Shown here: positions 44,640-56,289 of the stretch, piece by piece | Layout of the letters: each line of letters opens with the position of its first letter | Numbering within the stretch: position 1 is the first letter of the stretch | From: Octopus vulgaris | Taxonomy: Eukaryota | NCBI GenBank assembly: GCA_951406725.2 | Contig: OX597834.1 | Coordinates: forward strand, 25,234,001 to 25,298,000 | Reading direction: 5' to 3' | Length of the DNA: 64,000 bases | The notes under the pieces: generated by a model | What the model was told of the DNA's origin: nothing | Databases searched by the model: none | The model's input: only the letters and a program-made list of their open reading frames with translations | Position numbers and translations under genes: made by a program

Positions 44640-44848
44640 GGGAGCAACAGTCTTTGAAGACTCACATTGTCGGTCAATGCTCGAAATGAGGAGTAGATAG
44701 ACAGCGGAAAACTGATGAAGGGTCATTCTTTTATGTTACTTGTCCTGTTTTCTATTTGTTTCTCTCGTTGTTTGTGTATTGAACTCATTTGTTTTCGCAT
44801 TTCAATTTTTTTATTGTTGGTGACATCCCGTACCCATATATGCATATA
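44640..44848 (+). mobile_element. PLE-terminus-like repeat, partner of 42958-43093
   Basis: ttgaagactcacattg..caatgctcgaaat..aactgatgaagggtc..gtgacatcccgtacccatatatgcat. Confidence 0.6.
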
Positions 44849-44854
44849 CACATT

Positions 44855-44944
<90 letters not shown>

Positions 44945-45489
44945 CATATATATGCATATATATATATATATATCATTTATATTATATATGTGTGTGTGAT
45001 TGTGTTTGTGTGTGTGTTTATGTGTGTCTGTTTGTGTGTGTGTGTATGCATATATACATGGTTTTTTTTATGAAATGAACATTTTGATTTATTTGAGGAG
45101 AGTAAGAAAATTTTTTTAGTCAATTGATATTTTATTTTATTTAGACTTTTAGTCGCATAACGCTTTAGAATTTTTAGTCGATTGTATATACCCTCTTGAT
45201 ATGCCGTTCTATACATCTATATTTTTTATCTGCAAATATATTTTTTACCTTCTGTGTTTTTTTATATAAATGTATTCTTTATACATTGAAAGGCCATAGT
45301 AATATTTATATACGATCAAATGTTTGGAGGCGTGGTGTTATGTATAAAGTCGTTGACTCGAATCTAATGTTTGTTGTCTGATCATTGTTTTTTTTAATCT
45401 GTCTCAATTACATTTGAGCACTTCTTGTTTTGCAATCTTATAAACCCTTTTGTCTCCATAAGAAGAGGCAAAAACTATCTCTTGTCGTG

Positions 45490-45529
<40 letters not shown>

Positions 45530-45672
45530 CATGGACCTTGAACCCACAAGAATAAACAAGAGAGACAGAGAAAAGCAGAAACAAGGAAAATGCCCCTTGT
45601 ATTTGAACACTATGCAAATATTCTTTTAAACAAACTTTTTTAATTTTTCTAAATTTAATTTTTTAACTGTTA

Positions 45673-45709
45673 CAGTTGAAAAGGTCTCAAATAACCGAAA
45701 CCGGTACTG
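45673..45709 (+). ncRNA. Minimal hammerhead motif, two core substitutions
   Basis: cag-TTGAAAA-ggt(ctcaaata)acc-GAAAC-CG-GTA-ctg; palindromic ACCGGT stem III. Confidence 0.55.
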
Positions 45710-45773
45710 AAATGTTCTTTATAAAATTATTTTAGCATTTTCTATCTTGACTTGTTTTTTCATATATATATAT

Positions 45774-47014
45774 AGGGGTTGGACAAAATAATGGAATCTC
45801 CAGTACTTATTTTACTGTATTCTGTAATCAAGATTAGCCATTTTTGACCAGTTGGATTGCTTGTAAGTGATATGTAAATGCATTGCTGACGTCTAGAGCT
45901 TAATATTATATCGCTGTGTCTAATCTTTTTCAGATGTATTTATATATAATAAAATCTGTGACTTTACTGATTTTCAAAAATAGGAAAAATTGTTGGTGCT
46001 CGAACAGCTGGAACCTCAATTCACACATTTTATTATATATAAATACAACTATCTGCAGAAAGCTCCATGTTCCGAGTGTTACTCTTCCAAAATTATGATA
46101 GTATTTCAAAAACAAGGGGGAAATAAACTCTGAAAAGCGTACTTCTGGTCGGACGTCAGTACTCTCAGAAAGGGGCCGCAGAGCGTTAAAACGCATTGTT
46201 TCCAAAAATGATAGGACTACTGCAACAAAAGTGACTGCGGAGTTAACACCGTGCAAACCTAGTGTCGACCAAAACTATGTGTCAAGAGCTTTATACAGTT
46301 GAATATCATAGGAGAGTTGCAATTGTAAAACCTCTCCTATCTGCCATCAATGTAGGGAAGCGATTAAAATGGTGTTAAAGATGATCAGAATTTGACAATG
46401 GATCTTCTCGGATGTATCGTCTTTCAGGCTTTTCCAAAATTCAGGACGAGCTTCGGTCTGGCGGCAGCCTAAAGAGGCCTATCATCACATCTGCTTGGCT
46501 CCCTATCGTTAAGTATCGAGGTGTGTATGTGATGATTTCGGCAGCAACATCTTGGAATTCTCTAGATTCCGCAGTTGCACTTCAGGGCAGAATAAACTCA
46601 CGGACGTATTTATAAATTTTGGGCGACCAAGTTCATCCTGTTGTGCAGTCGTTATTTCCTAATGGTGAAGCAATCTTCCAAGACGATAATTACCCAATCC
46701 ACACTGCTACGGGGATTCATGGCTGGTTTCAAGAACGCAAAAATGGAGTGGAACATTTAAATTGGTCCGCACAGTCACCAGATCTAAATGTTAATGAACA
46801 TTTATGAAGTATTATGGAGTAACAAGTATAGAATTACTTCCATCCTCCAATGTCACTGAAGGGGCTGGAGCAGGTTTTGTTTGATGAATGCCTCAAAATT
46901 CCTCTGGCATCTTTTCAAAAGCTGTATGAGTCTATTCTTCAAAGTATCGCAGCAATGATTGCAGGGCCAGCTCAATATTAAATAATAAAACTCTTATTTA
47001 GCAAGGCGTTTCCA
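45774..47014 (+). mobile_element. Decayed Tc1-like transposon with DD36E spacing
   Basis: TIR aggggttggacaaaataatggaa; SGRTSVLSERGRRALKRIV, IFSDVSSF, FQDDNYPIH...QSPDLNVNEHL with 36 residues between D and E (hand count). Confidence 0.88.
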
Positions 47015-47070
47015 TACATACATAAATACATACATACATACATACATACATACATACATACATACATACA

Positions 47071-47124
<54 letters not shown>

Positions 47125-47149
47125 TGAATGTAAACGTATCTATGTATGT

Positions 47150-47674
<525 letters not shown>

Positions 47675-47699
47675 TTAAAGTAAATTCAAAGTTATACAG

Positions 47700-49042
47700 A
47701 CTCTCGTTTCTGTAAATTTATTTAAACAGAAGCAGTGGTTGAGAAATAACATCATATTTTGCATAATTTGCTTGCTTCTCGATGCACTTCTTGTACATAA
47801 GTTGCTTATTCCTCCGGAGAAAAGGTTTTCGGTTGGTCGCGCAGCTATTTACGCACCGCTTCCTGTACATATTTGTCCGTAGCAAACCGACAACTTTATA
47901 AAGGATGTTTGAGCGCTCCAAAGAGGTGATAGTCGGAAGGGGCGAGGTCTGGGCTCTATGCAGGGTGTTCCAGCAACTTGAAATCCAATTTTTTCAATTG
48001 TTGCAACGATGTTGATATACATTGCTATGCAACGAAAACACTTGTTTCGACAATAGACCTCGGCGTTTGGTGCGAATTGCTGCCCAGCATATCACTCTAG
48101 GCCCCTTTTCCAGGTAATGTTCCAGTATGGGCTCTTTTGCATTCCAAAAAAGGATTAGCATCATTATGAAGAAAGGCTGAAGACGCTCCACCTTTATTCT
48201 TTATGTCACGCTGGTGAGACCCATATTGGAGTACGGGATTCAAGTCTCTTCTCCTTATCTCCTCAAAGACATACAGCATCTCGAAAGAGTCCAGAAGCTA
48301 GCTACCCGCATAGTTCTTGGTCTCAAGCATTTGTCTTATGAAGAAAGGCTGAAGGCGCTCCACCTTTATTCTCTAGAAAATCGACGACGCCGTGGTGATC
48401 TCATTCTTGCTCACAACATCATAAGCGGAAAGTGTAACCTCACAAAAGAGCTGTTCTTCACTCCTGCTCCAGAGCGTCGGCTGTGGGGTCACTCCGAAAA
48501 GCTCTATCTGCGACGATTTCATCTCAATCGAAGAAGAGGGGCTTTCTCCGTCCGGGTTGCGGATCCGTGGAATAAGCTGCCGGACGAGATAGTGAAGATG
48601 CCGATGACCGGTCGGTTCAAAGTCTTCCTTGACCACAAGTGGCCTGAACTCTTTACATGAACACCACCCTGTACATAACTCCATGTTCCCCAACATGGCC
48701 TTGCTTTTTGCTTTTTGAGCCAAAAAATTAACTAACTAACTAACTAACTTCTACAGAAAGTTGTCTTGAATTTCTTTTTGTGTCGCGATTCATGGTGTTT
48801 CCACTTCATGCTCTGCCTTTTGAATTGAGGTTCGAAGTGATGGACCCAGGTTTCATTTCCTGTGACTATTCTCTGCAAAGAAAGTTTTGCCTTCACCGTT
48901 GTGACAGGGCAACCATTGTTGTCGATTAAAAACAAATATAACCACAAGATTACAACCGTTTTGGAGGCGAGCATTGAAGGCAGTGCGACCAACTTTAAGG
49001 AAGTTTGGGCGAAAATGTGGATAACTTTGGGTTCCCCTCCTC
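47700..49042 (-). mobile_element. Decayed mariner split by a CR1-group LINE
   Basis: QRIVTGNETWVHHFEPQFKRQSMKWKH..KKFKT | MLILFWNAKEPILEHYLEKG..AIRTKRRGLLSK..SPDLAPSDYHLFG; TIR-like ggaggggaacccaaagttatcc near 49020-49040. Confidence 0.88.
48163..48749 (+). mobile_element. CR1-group LINE 3' end with (AACT)n tail, same family as 17964-18439
   Basis: YVTLVRPILEYGIQVSSPYLLKDIQHLERVQKLATR..RRRRGDLI..WNKLP. Confidence 0.92.
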
Positions 49043-49096
49043 TCTGTGTGTGCGTATGTATATGTATATGTACATGTGTGTATATGTGTGTGTGTG

Positions 49097-49134
<38 letters not shown>

Positions 49135-49579
49135 AGTGAGTGTGCATAGCAAACAGGAGTGACATGCGTGCATAAGTACAAACATTGATACATACATACA
49201 TGTATGTGTGTATATATGCATATAAGGTTATAACACAAGATGAAATATAAATGCTACTAAAAGTTTCACCAGATGAATTGCATGATAATATTGATTCTTG
49301 CAGTTCATACAGCCCTCCCAAATTCCCCATCGCTTCGATTTCCATAAACCGCCATCTTGAATCGTGGTTTATGGAAATTGAATTGATGGTGATTGCCCGA
49401 GGATCCAATGAGTTGCAAGGATCAATAGATGGGATCAATAGCTTGGAAAAGATATGGAGTGATCTTGACTAGAATTCCTTTGATCATAGGTCTGCTTGTC
49501 AGTGTTGATCTCCAGATAAACAACAACAACAACAACAGCAAAAACAAATAACATTCTTACTAATTATCCTTATACCAAT

Positions 49580-50059
49580 TCTCTTTCTCTTTTCTACTCA
49601 CTGATTCTCTCTCTCACTCTCTTTAATTATGTCTCTCACCCATTTGCTCTTCTCTGCCACTACCCTCACTCTCCTTCTCCCCCTCTCCCTCTCTTTCTTT
49701 ATCCCACTCCTTCCTTTCTCTCCCCTCTACCACTCTCACACTTTCTCCCTCCTCTCCCTTGCTCTCCCTCATCTCTATCTCTCTCTTTCTCTATCTCCCT
49801 CTACCTCTTTCTCTTTCTCCCGCTCTCTTTCTCCTCTTTTCCCTCTCCTTCCCTCTTTCCATCTGTCACTCTCACTCTCCCTCTCTCTTTGTCTCTCTCT
49901 GTCTCTGTGCCCCTCTTTCACTCTCACTCTCTCCTACTTTCCCTTCCTCTCTTTCTCTGTCTCTCTGTCAGTCTGTTTGTTTTACCCTCTCTCTCCATCT
50001 CTTTCACTCTCTTTTTCCGTCTTTCTCTCTCTCTCTCTGTCTTTCCCTTCCTCTCTTTT

Positions 50060-50110
<51 letters not shown>

Positions 50111-50284
50111 TTCCCTTCCTCTCTTTTTCTGTCTCTCTCTCTCTCTCTCTCTCTCTGTCTTTCTTTCCCTTCCTCTCTTTTTCTGTCTCTCTCTCTCTCT
50201 GTCTTTCCCTTCCTCTCTTTTTCTGTCTCTCTGTCAGTCTGTTTGTCTTTCCCTCTTTCTCCATCTCTTTCCCTCTCTCTTTCC

Positions 50285-50357
<73 letters not shown>
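49580..50357. repeat. Polypyrimidine (CT-rich) tract of about 780 bp with repeated ctgtctttcccttcctctcttttt units
   Basis: Read directly. Confidence 0.93.
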
Positions 50358-50358
<1 letters not shown>

Positions 50359-50880
50359 ATGATAATACTGACTTAAATCATTACATTGCTTACACGACCA
50401 CAAATTCGTGACAGAGAACCATTGTTGTCGATTAAAAACAGATTTCTACACCAGATACTCTTAGAACCAATTAAACAAAGGAAACAGAATACAACAAAAG
50501 GGATTTGGCATATTTTGGTCTGTTTTTGTTTTTGTTTTTGTTTTTCTCAACGTAAAGGGAAGTAACTTAATAACACAATGCATCTGATTCACTCCACCGA
50601 TTCGGTAATACACCGTTCCCTTGAATATTTGCTAGCGCAGTTGCTGTGGTTGTTGTCGTTGTTGTTGCTGTTGTTATAGTTGCTGTTGCAACTGTTGTTG
50701 TTGTTGTTGTTGTTTAACCCAAGGTCGTTCCTGATTGAGAATATCTATGATCAATAGCATTGTAGCTATGATCTTATCTTCTTTTTCATAGTGGGATATG
50801 TCTTTCATTTATCTGACGTTATGATATGATCTGGTTGCTATTTTCAATGGGATTTATGTGAATGTATATAAATATATATA

Positions 50881-50937
<57 letters not shown>

Positions 50938-51049
50938 TGGATTCTCCCGTCGAAGAAGTATGAGTGTTCAGTATTTTTATGGGTTTTTGTCGAACGGCCT
51001 GCACTGATGATTTGTTAGTCATCAAATATATTTTTGCTCTGCATTAGCT

Positions 51050-51240
51050 CGCTCCCTTCATCAAATCAACGTTGTCTGAGCAGGCGTGCGGTGTGCTGTG
51101 TTTCAGGTGTTGAAGTGATCGCAGAGCAACGTGACATGGAAGGTTCTACTCAAGAACTCAACACACCACCAGGCCTTGGAATTGAAATCCCGATCTCCCA
51201 ATCAGGAGTACAACACCCTAACCACTAGGCCATGCGTCCT
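51050..51240 (-). mobile_element. SINE family C
   Basis: Ends caacaccctaaccactaggccatgcgtcct, the reverse complement of the 33971 head. Confidence 0.7.
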
Positions 51241-51461
51241 TACTGTGTATGTGTGCGTATGTTTGCGTGTGTGTGTGTTTCTATATTTATACACACGTGT
51301 GTGCATGTGTCTGTATGCGCGTGCGTGTGTGTGTGCGTGTGTGTGCAGGATAAATAGCGACGGAAGCTATATTAGTACCAAAATGCAATATTTATATCCA
51401 ACTTAATGTGGCTGTATTGTTAGAACGCCGAATACTGTGCCATTCACCTTGACAATTATTC

Positions 51462-51698
51462 CATATAGACACATGATGTATAAAAGCGAAAACATGCATA
51501 GTAGCAGACAGCAGATCGCCGGAACTGTCAAGTCACGTGATTTCAGCGTACAATGCTTCATTCAGTGACCGGACACCTACCACTGAAGAAGCGCAGTACG
51601 CTAAAATCATGTGACCTGACACTTCCGGCACCTGTACCAGATAATTCTGGTCTGCTCCGACATATGTCTGCGCTTTTTTGCACCATGTTTCTATATAG
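51462..51698. mobile_element. Back-to-back inverted pair of hammerhead-like units
   Basis: Minus gtca-CTGAATGA-agc..gct-GAAA-tcacgtga-ct-tgac; plus acca-CTGAAGA-agcg(cagta)cgct-AAAA-tcatgtga-cc-tgac; arms stay similar for about 100 bp. Confidence 0.62.
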
Positions 51699-51705
51699 AT
51701 AGTTT

Positions 51706-51795
<90 letters not shown>

Positions 51796-51967
51796 GAGGG
51801 AGAGAGAGAAAGAGAGAGATATACAGAGACACAGAGAAAGAGAGAGATAGACAGAGACACAGAGAAAGAGAAATAGAGATAAGAGTTAAGATCTTTAGAA
51901 TATTCATATTATTATTTAAACTCCTAAGATATTTATATCTATATTAATATCTTACATGATTTACATT

Positions 51968-52182
51968 GGTTTCAAATTTTGACACAAGGCCAGCAACTTC
52001 AGGGAAGGGCTAAGTCGGTTACAAGACCCCAGTGCTCAACTGGTATTTATTTTATCAACCTCCGAAGGATGAAACGCCAAGTCGACCCTGGCGGCGACAT
52101 TTGAAATCCATAATGTAAAGACAGATGAAATGCCGCTAAGCATTTTGCCCAACGTGCTAACGATTCTGCCAGCTCGCCGTCT
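51968..52182 (-). mobile_element. SINE family B
   Basis: gaccccagtgctcaactggtat..gaaggatgaaa..gtcgacc..gtgctaacgattctgccagctcgccg. Confidence 0.85.
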
Positions 52183-52241
52183 TATATATGATTCATACTA
52201 ATTTTCATAAATATATACGTATATTTATACATATTTATATA

Positions 52242-52618
52242 CACTACCGTCAGAAATTAATTAGCACCCTTGATTTGCTCTTCACTCAAGGTATGTGCTG
52301 TCACCTAGTGGCCATATCTCGAACTATTGCTTTGTTGCGAGTTCACTGTTGCGCAGAACGATGACGTAACTTTGTTTGCAGAGCAGTTTGAGAGTCTACA
52401 GCCTTATGATGTTGACATAGCAGTGCAACAACTTGGAGTGCGGATGCAGACAAATCTTCCTTTGTTTAATAGATATAGGTAGCGCCTCGCAAGGACCGAA
52501 ATCACACCATACTAAGTTTTCTCATCGCGTAAGACGTTTTGAACAGCTCATAGGTTAATTGATTTAACCTATTTAATGTAGAAATTTGAGAAGTGCTAAT
52601 TAATTTCTGACGCAAGTG
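52242..52618. mobile_element. Tc1/mariner-type MITE
   Basis: TIRs cactaccgtcagaaattaattagcac / gtgctaattaatttctgacgcaagtg, TA on both sides, no coding capacity. Confidence 0.88.
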
Positions 52619-52624
52619 TACACA

Positions 52625-53419
52625 CAGTATAGTTGGGTCAGTTGGACACCGTCTGTGAGAAAAACAGCACCATGACACAATTCGCTCTACCAGAAATTTG
52701 GAAACGACATGCTGTACTGCTTGGCATTTGCACTGGGAGCTCCAATACGAACAGATGGTGAACACACAGAACAACCATTGGCTTGCAGTGTTCTCAAAAC
52801 ATGTACTAGGAGTGATAAAAATCAAACAACCACTCACATCATGGTGTTTGGGGTGATCACTAGTAATGGCAATGTTATGCCTCCATTCATCTTCCCACAT
52901 GGCCTCAGACTCAACACAGAAGCCTAGATCAAGTGTCTGGAGAAGGTAGTGTTACCCTGGATCAAGAGGGCGGCTGCTGGAAGACCCGATGTCTAGCAAC
53001 AAGACTCTGTACTATGCCACACAAACAGGAGAACCCAGTAATAGCTGTCAGACAATTTCTGCGATCACAAAACCACTAACATTTAGCCATCTAACTCCCC
53101 AGACTGTAACCCTCTTGATTATTATGTGTGGGGCACATTTGAGCGAGAGACCAACCAAACTCCTTGTAACAGCAAAGATGAATTGAAGGCAAGAATTATG
53201 GCAGTATTCACCAACTTATACAAGGAGAAGAGTTGCAGGAGATTCTGAAGCCTTCCGGAGGCCGTGGTTTCAGCCAATGGCAATTTTATTGAATAAATTA
53301 ACTCTTTAGTATTTCAAGACATTTTTATATAATTTTGGTAAATATATCTGTTAAAATGAGATGTCAGTATTATTTTCAACATTGCATAATTTAGACGACA
53401 ATATATTCACCGCACCCTG
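52625..53419 (+). mobile_element. Internally deleted maT (DD37D) transposon
   Basis: HIMVFGVITSNGNVMPPFIF..QQDSVLCH...NSPDCNPLDYYVWG with 37 residues between the two D (hand count through stops); right TIR ttcaccgcaccctg + TA. Confidence 0.88.
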
Positions 53420-54435
53420 TACATACAGAATTAAATGATTGTTAATAATGAATTAAAGTACTCATGATTAATATTCATATAATTAATATGAATGTAATTA
53501 ATATTCATATGATTAACATGAATAGTCATAATAGCATTCACGTGATCTTTTCTCAATGGCAATTACGTGTAGAGTGAGGTTTCGCAATAATATCATTAGA
53601 GAGTTACGTAACTGATTGATTAAACATCCTAACTTCGCTTAATTAATTAAGACTTCTCACTAATTACATTCGTATCTTAGATCTTTATATCAATCAATAA
53701 GAACCAACGAAGGTACCTGTTATCACTCGATCTACTAGAAACAACAGTTAAATCTCTCTAGGATTACACTATAAGGTTTTTAAAAGAGATGACACATTGG
53801 AAAATTTAAGAAAGGGATTTACTAAGAACGAGGGTGTAAAACTTGAAATATATTTGACGGCAAGGTCCAGTGCGTATGTGTGGGTGTGTATCTGTGTATG
53901 TGTATATCTGTGTATATGTGTATGCAGTGACCCTTTTCCTTTACATAAGGATGAACAAAGGAAACATTCATGTAGCGAAGGGCCGTAACACAATTTCTCA
54001 TCACAAACAAAAGTCATTTAAGCTTTTTCGACTACGTACATTCATTAAATTTATAAATTTCTGAGGCTAATCCTCCATCTTGGTTCAGAACTGTTTAATG
54101 GTCCTTTAACCCTCATCAGCATCTGCATTACCAAACAGCTCCGCAGATATTGGCCATGTGGAACCGAATAGACAACTTCATTATCAACAATAGATGCACA
54201 ATTTGTTATCGTTCATCTCACATTTTAAGAATTCTGCCCCCAATCTATAAGTAACTCTGAAGTATCCAGACGACTTCGGAATCTCCTGCAACTCTTCTGC
54301 TTCTATCGCTAATAAAACATACATACATACATACATACATACATACATACATACATGCATGCATGCATACATACATACATACATACATACATACATACAT
54401 ACATACATACATACATACATGCATGCATGCATACA

Positions 54436-54468
<33 letters not shown>

Positions 54469-54521
54469 GCATACATACATACATACATACATACATACAT
54501 ACAATGTGCAAACATACACAC

Positions 54522-54552
<31 letters not shown>

Positions 54553-54616
54553 TATATACATACATATATATACATATATATGCATACATATGTGTGTATA
54601 TATATATAATATTATT

Positions 54617-54653
<37 letters not shown>

Positions 54654-55008
54654 CTATATATATTGTTGGATTACCTTTGACTGCTCATGAGCTCTTCCGC
54701 CCTTTGATACGTCTTATTTTTGTCCTGCAGGGTGTCCAACAATCACCCTCCTCACCATGCGGGTACGTATGCGCGGGGACGCGGAAATGCCTGCGATGGT
54801 GCCCTGGCGCGCGTTGGCCGGCTGAGAGTGGGAAGCCCCGCTGTTGTCACATCTCTCTAGGAGAGGGAAACTCTGAGAGAAAACCTGTAACACTGACAAT
54901 ATTCGATGACGTAGACTAGTTCTTCTTTTCGTGTATTATGTTGTCCATGTTCAGAGAGTGGGATTGGATTTGTGCAATTTCTTTCCTCACAATAAAAAAA
55001 AAGTCATC

Positions 55009-55091
55009 AGCACGATGGCCGAGTGGTTAAGGCGTTGGACTTAAGTTCCAATGGACAAGTGTCCGCGTGGGTTCGAACCCCACTCGTGCTA
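55009..55091 (+). tRNA. tRNA-Leu(TAA): tRNA-Leu, anticodon TAA
   Basis: Acceptor AGCACGA/TCGTGCT plus discriminator A; D arm TGGCCGAGTGGTTAAGGC; anticodon arm TTGGA-CTTAAGT-TCCAA; long variable arm GGAC-AAGT-GTCC; T arm GTGGG-TTCGAAC-CCCAC; 83 nt, no intron, no encoded CCA. Confidence 0.95.
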
Positions 55092-55096
55092 AAAGC

Positions 55097-55101
55097 TTTT
55101 T
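55097..55101 (+). terminator. RNA polymerase III terminator (T5)
   Basis: TTTTT starting 6 nt after the tRNA discriminator. Confidence 0.8.
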
Positions 55102-55164
55102 AAATGGCGGTGCCCCAGCATGGCCACAGCTCATAAGCTGAAACTAGAATCAATCAATCAATCA
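55102..55164 (+). mobile_element. SINE-type 3' tail with (ATCA)n end, fused to the tRNA
   Basis: ggcggtgccccagcatggccacagctcataagctgaaactagaatcaatcaatcaatca, homologous to the family A tail at 43423-43470. Confidence 0.85.
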
Positions 55165-56226
55165 TGCACAGGCATCGCTTGAATATAAAGTAAAGATCTA
55201 TCACAAAAATGGCTGGTCGTAGCCTTCGCATGTGTGGGACTTTCGATCAGGTGATCGTAATACTCGAACAGCTAATACGATTTTGCCCAGAAATCTTTAA
55301 TTTCTCCCTGCATTTTCAAAATTTTTAATTTCTCCACCGCAATTCCTCAATTTGTAACTTTTTCGAATTTTTTTTCATTTTTTTTTTTATCCACGTAGGA
55401 AAATACAGAAATTACGAATCTGGGAAATATACATATTTCTTTAAAGTTTAGTTTTTGTTCCCCCCACTTCACCCATCCATCACCTACACGCTTTCACAAA
55501 GCTAAACATCTCCCAATGTTCCTCTTTCGTCTGATGTTTCACGTATGCGTAGAATTGTACTGAAATAGCAGACGTGGAAATACCAGAGCACCACCAGAAA
55601 ACCCGACATGCTAGAAACAACAGGTAAATGACATTATTCCTGAAGAAACTTTCCAAAAAGCTAAAAGCGAAACATTGGGAGTTGTGGCTTTTTGAAAGTG
55701 GTGAGGTGGTGGATGGATGTTTGGGAAGGAGATTTTAGTGTTTCTAAAATGGAAGAAGAAAATTCTTAAAGATTCGTACTCTCTGTTTCTTTTTTTCTCC
55801 GTGGATTACTAAAAAAAAAAAATGAAAAAATTTTTTTTTAACTGAAGAAATTGAGGTGGAGAGGGGGAAAATAAAAATATTGAGAACGTGTTTTTGGGGA
55901 AAAATCCGAATCTCCTGAATCGAAAACATAGGGATTGGAAGAAATTTAGGAAAAAAAAAAAGTGGAGAGCGCAAATGTCAATTCGAACATGCTACAAACA
56001 ACAGGTAAAGAAGAGTATTTCTGGGAAAACTTCCTTTTAAGTTTACATCGAATGTCAGGTTTTTAAATACGCTCACCACAAACAGAAATTTCAGGATAGA
56101 AAAAGGTCATTTCAATTGGATTTAAGGTGTGATTTTGCGCCTACACACAGCAAGAAATAACATGATTCGTACAGACATCTCACCTAGTGTGTGTGTGTGT
56201 GCGTGTATGTGTGTGTGTGTGTGTGT

Positions 56227-56289
<63 letters not shown>

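Larger units (their letters stand above)
54675..55265 (+). mobile_element. RTE-5'-like repeat (relative of 27850-28350) with an inverted 5' segment; host of the tRNA cassette
   Basis: 54675-54762 is the reverse complement of 27897-27985, while 54850-55005 and 55163 onward are co-oriented with 28100-28290. Confidence 0.6.

Noticed and set aside
49629-50411. 260-aa Leu/Ser-rich membrane-like ORF
   Set aside because: Translation of a CT-rich polypyrimidine tract
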